Both the position numbers and the translations under genes were made by a program. Of a stretch of DNA of 51,303 bases, positions 47,927 through 51,303 are shown in pieces. The DNA is from a virus (lineage: Duplodnaviria; Caudoviricetes). The stretch is from positions 1-51,303 of IMG/VR virus record IMGVR_UViG_3300050011_000546, one strand, 5' to 3'. The notes under the pieces were generated by a model. The model ran no database searches. It was not told the DNA's origin and worked only from the letters and a program-made list of their open reading frames with translations. Numbering within the stretch: position 1 is the first letter of the stretch; every line of letters begins with the position of its first letter.

Positions 47927-49567
47927 TCAACGCCGATAGAGCGGACTGAAGACCGGCGGCACCTGAAACTGCGTGGGATCGTCGGGATCGACGCCTGCCA
48001 GCGAAGCGATCCATTTGTCGATGCTGCCGTTGCCGGTTGCGGAAGAGTAATCAGGCGGAGCGACGATTGGCGGAACAGACTGATATGGATTCGGGGCGTT
48101 GATGCCCGGAGAGGATGCAGGTGCTTGCGGCTGGCCGGCGGTCAGCTGGTTCAGATATTGACGAAACATCTCGCTGTAGGAAGGCGCCGAATCCTGGGAT
48201 TGCTGCGGAGTGTCCCCTGTCTCGGTTGAAGCCCAGTTTCCGAAGCGGTCGCCGAACGAATCCCCACGATCGGAAACTGGAAACCCGTTAGATGGCGCTA
48301 CCGGCGCGCCGCTCTCGAATGCGGACGTTCGCGAGTCATCGACGATTCGCCCGACCAGACGTCGCACTGGCAGTGGAGGCGGAGATCCATCCGCATCTGT
48401 CGTCGCGCTGCCGTACAGAGGCGGCGACGGGGATGCGGCCTGTGCGGAGGGGATCAGGCTATTCTCAATGTAACCCCCGGCGCCGCCCAGTAACCGTGCG
48501 GCCCGGCTTCTGGCAGCATACAGTCCGTCGGCGAGCTGAGAACCAAAGCCGGGCTCGGACGCGTTGGACGGTACGAGCGACGGCGCTGCGGCAACGGACG
48601 ATAGGCCGTCGGGAGCCTCCGATCGCCTGTATTTCTCCAGCGCACGCAGGAGCGGTGAATCCGTATCGCCGGAGTCGCCTGCCGGGACAGAGCCCCAGTT
48701 TCCGAAGCGGCTGTCGAACGTTCCGGAACTATCTGTTGACCCCCCGATTAGCGGCGAAGTAATCGCGCTATTTCCTATGATCCGCTCGAGCTCGCGGTTA
48801 CGAACCATCGAGGACAACCAGCCATCAGGCCCTGGGGATGGTACGATTTTATCCAATGCCTGCGGAAAGGACCCTGCGTGGGGATCGGCGTTCGTGGGAT
48901 CGGTAAATCCGACTGAGGGTGTGATGTTCCCGATAGTTGTCGATGCGACCAACCGACGAATGTCGCCGTTAAACGAACGGCCGAACGCAGTTTTAAATTG
49001 GTCGCCCGACGCGAATGCCTGACTTCCCTGAAGCGAATTACCCGGAACAGTCGCTGGCGGTCCATATGTAGAATCAAAATAATCCCGAACGCCCTTTGCG
49101 ATGAACGGAGGGTTTTTTGGATTGCTGCCGAAGTTCGGGCCGGCCGTCTTGGGGTTGACCAACATATTATATCCACCGGCGGCGGCCATAAGGGTGGTCG
49201 GCGAAAAGCCCGCGGCAGCTCCAATAAGACCGTAGGCGTAGGAAGCCGCTGGCGCGAATAAGCTCGCGAAGAGAGCATTCGACTGTCCATTATAGTTACG
49301 TTGGAGATCCCATGGACCTCCGTCCTTAACATTGCGACCAAAATCTAGGAAGGCGGCCGCAGTCGATTTAGAAGCGAGCGACTTGCCGAAGGCAATCGCG
49401 GCGGCCGGATCGAACGTTACCGGAAACCATATCTTGTTTCCTTGGGAGTCTACGACGTCATTGCCGAATCGGTCGACGATCGTCTTTGCCTGAACATTAA
49501 AAATTCGCGTTCTTTCGTTGGGTTCATCGGTGAGCCGCTGGGTAAAGGTTCGGAATTCCTGGGTCAT
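47927..49567 (-). CDS. Class A cargo with Ntox44-like domain
   Basis: NVKDGGPWDLQR...ASYAYGLIGAAAGF...FGSNPKN...IAKG; ends VPPVFSPLYRR. Confidence 0.7.
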   Translation of the reverse strand: MTQEFRTFTQRLTDEPNERTRIFNVQAKTIVDRFGNDVVDSQGNKIWFPVTFDPAAAIAFGKSLASKSTAAAFLDFGRNVKDGGPWDLQRNYNGQSNALFASLFAPAASYAYGLIGAAAGFSPTTLMAAAGGYNMLVNPKTAGPNFGSNPKNPPFIAKGVRDYFDSTYGPPATVPGNSLQGSQAFASGDQFKTAFGRSFNGDIRRLVASTTIGNITPSVGFTDPTNADPHAGSFPQALDKIVPSPGPDGWLSSMVRNRELERIIGNSAITSPLIGGSTDSSGTFDSRFGNWGSVPAGDSGDTDSPLLRALEKYRRSEAPDGLSSVAAAPSLVPSNASEPGFGSQLADGLYAARSRAARLLGGAGGYIENSLIPSAQAASPSPPLYGSATTDADGSPPPLPVRRLVGRIVDDSRTSAFESGAPVAPSNGFPVSDRGDSFGDRFGNWASTETGDTPQQSQDSAPSYSEMFRQYLNQLTAGQPQAPASSPGINAPNPYQSVPPIVAPPDYSSATGNGSIDKWIASLAGVDPDDPTQFQVPPVFSPLYRR

Positions 49568-50190
49568 TTAAAGTCGCAATAAACGGTTGTTGAATAGAAG
49601 CTTCCATACAGCGGAACCACCGAGGTGCTACATTTGACCGGTTCGTTCGGTAGCGGCATGTCCATCGGATCTTGCAAGCCTCTCGCTATGCTGTTGTTTT
49701 CGTCGAAGACAAGAAAGTAATTGGTGCGCCAAGCCACAAACCCGCTGCTACCCCAGTCAAAAACCACAAATTTCGGCGAGCTATCGCTCTCTTCAACTTT
49801 GGTGACATAGAAGCTCTTATTCATTTGAAAGCGAAATTGATCGATAACGTAGAAGGCTGCTTCTGGTCCTATAAAGGGATAGATCGCTAATAGCGTGACA
49901 CAGGCAGGCAGGGCTGGCGATGCCAGCCAGCTTTTTCTGAAAAGGCGAAAAAATATCAGTACGGCGATACGAACGAAGACGATTATCGCGAGAGCGCCCC
50001 CGACAAAAAACAGCAAAAGATTTACAATTATCGTCTCGAATCCGTCACTGTGCGCCGAAACATAATAAGCCACTGCATGCGAGAGCAGGAATACTGACGT
50101 AACAATAACCAGCGTTCTGTCGAGAATGACGAACTTTCGCGAATCATCGACGTATGCGGCAACTGGCATGGATACCTCAAAAAAATGCAT
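49564..50190 (-). CDS. Membrane immunity candidate, distantly related to the YDTTG family
   Basis: About 3 TM helices, LVFDE, YGSFY; overlaps the cargo start. Confidence 0.6.
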   Translation of the reverse strand: MHFFEVSMPVAAYVDDSRKFVILDRTLVIVTSVFLLSHAVAYYVSAHSDGFETIIVNLLLFFVGGALAIIVFVRIAVLIFFRLFRKSWLASPALPACVTLLAIYPFIGPEAAFYVIDQFRFQMNKSFYVTKVEESDSSPKFVVFDWGSSGFVAWRTNYFLVFDENNSIARGLQDPMDMPLPNEPVKCSTSVVPLYGSFYSTTVYCDFK

Positions 50191-50470
50191 GCGATGCCTC
50201 TTTGACGAAGCAGTGCCGCGCTAATTACTCCCCTCCGTCTGGATTTTTGTGCTCCTCAGCGTTAGTTATCGCCTACAATTTCAGGATATTTTGTGCAAAA
50301 GCTATGTACACTGGATTCAGGAATCACGCTGCGGTGCATTGAGTATGCGGACGGAAGCTCACCGGCCCTCAAGGCCCCGCTTGCGAAAGTATTGCTGTTC
50401 TGACGAGCGCCTCTGTAGGACATCGTTCAATATCGCGTTTTTCGATCTTCCTCGCCTCGTAAATACTCGG

Positions 50471-50860
50471 TCACTGATTTCTCCTACGTAAATCTTCAAC
50501 CACTCGAATCAGTGCGATGAGAAGGGCTGCAGTAGTTATTATTGCGTAGAACTCCAGCGAAATCCTCGCTAAGCCGATAACGAAACTCGGTATGTGATGC
50601 CTGAAAGCGTCGAGCGATAGGCAATCATCAAAGATGCTGCAAAGGTTGCGGTATTTCATCTCATGAACGATTATCGCCACGGGAAAACATCGCCGCTAAG
50701 GCAGGTGGCCAATACAGCAGGAATTGACGTTCGAGTTCGAACGTCAACTCCTCTATCCTCCTTCGCCAAACTAACGCCGATAGCGCCAGAAGAAGTACCG
50801 CCAACGAATATGCAGCGGCCACGAACAAAAGCGCGTACCTGACAAAACGGTAATCACAGA
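50471..50860 (-). pseudogene. Degraded membrane-protein gene
   Basis: Hydrophobic low-GC fragments downstream of a 24-bp motif. Confidence 0.35.
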
Positions 50861-50933
50861 GAAAGAACGTCGACTCCTATATTTTGCAAACTACTGCCAG
50901 CGCTTTTTGTGAAACTTCCTGTTATTTATCGCC

Positions 50934-50957
50934 AATAATTTCGGGATTTTTTGTGCA
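50934..50957 (-). promoter_or_regulatory. 24-bp motif TGCACAAAA(T/A)ATCCTGAAATT; other copies at 7473, 8504, 10406, 10630, 16382, 42453, 47741, 50274
   Basis: Nine copies, all in the same orientation, each upstream of a cassette or ejection gene. Confidence 0.7.
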
Positions 50958-51000
50958 GTCCCGCCGCACGGCTGCCCCATCGCCCAAATCGGATCTGCGC

Positions 51001-51303
51001 CTATAGAGCGGACTGAAGATCGGCGGCATCGGAAACCGCGTGGGGCTCGAGAATTTTAGCTGTCGGATTTCCAGGGTGGACAATGACGCGCTCGATTCTG
51101 TGGATCAATTCCAGCGCGCCGTCATTGCCGTTCTCGATCGCCTGCGTGGCCTTGCCCCAGCCGCGATCCAGGATCGCATTGGCTGCGGCCACTCTTGCCG
51201 CCGGCGTCGCCTGGGGATGCCGCATCACACCGACCAGGACATTGATCGCGGTCCTGGTGTGGCTTCGCGCCAGCGAGCGGATTTCGGTGACGGCCTTGGG
51301 CAT
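51001..51303 (-). CDS. terS: Probable terminase small subunit
   Basis: ARVAAANAILDRGWGKA motif; its 3' end overlaps a copy of the terL start. Confidence 0.7.
   Translation of the reverse strand: MPKAVTEIRSLARSHTRTAINVLVGVMRHPQATPAARVAAANAILDRGWGKATQAIENGNDGALELIHRIERVIVHPGNPTAKILEPHAVSDAADLQSAL

Larger units (their letters stand above)
1253..51303 (-). mobile_element. Podovirus-like prophage or phage-derived late-gene cluster carrying toxin/immunity cassettes (continues past right edge)
   Basis: Co-oriented terS, terL, portal, capsid, adaptor, nozzle, ejection protein, fibre and lysis genes in canonical order. Confidence 0.9.

Noticed and set aside
33000-49600. MuF toxin system or diversity-generating retroelement
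   Set aside because: No MuF domain and no reverse transcriptase recognised; repeat differences are not adenine-specific
50823-50838. Additional LexA box
   Set aside because: Spacing is N8 and the second half-site is GTAC
1253-51303. RcGTA-type gene transfer agent, tailocin or eCIS
   Set aside because: No HK97 portal/protease, tape measure, sheath or baseplate genes; the architecture is podovirus-like. A non-RcGTA transfer role is not excluded

Overview
Nearly the whole window (about 1.25 kb to the right edge, mostly minus strand) is the late-gene cluster of a podovirus-like prophage or domesticated phage-derived element. The host is probably alphaproteobacterial (Bradyrhizobium-like), inferred from the GAAC-N7-GAAC LexA boxes and recalled protein families. 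Core order in the direction of transcription: terS, terL, split portal, small conserved protein, scaffold remnant, major capsid, head/tail proteins, tail nozzle, ejection-type proteins, tail fibre, endolysin and holins. No integrase or replication genes are in the window. The core genes are repeatedly interrupted by at least a dozen putative toxin/immunity cassettes. The cargo proteins fall into three classes, each with a conserved short tag and a variable domain: (A) C-terminal WIxSLxGxDPxxPT...IFSPLYRR with N-terminal M23, Tlde1/DUF2778, permuted-papain-like or Ntox44-like domains; (B) N-terminal (Y/F)SLVPVDYQPDF leader coupled to portal 3' ends; (C) MGLFD/GGLLGRL ejection-protein-like proteins, one ending in a DUF4258-like RNase domain. 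Cassettes are bordered by duplicated ends of core genes, nine copies of a 24-bp motif and three LexA-type boxes. My best interpretation is a phage-capsid-based polymorphic toxin delivery system. All family calls come from motif recognition by eye; no searches were run.
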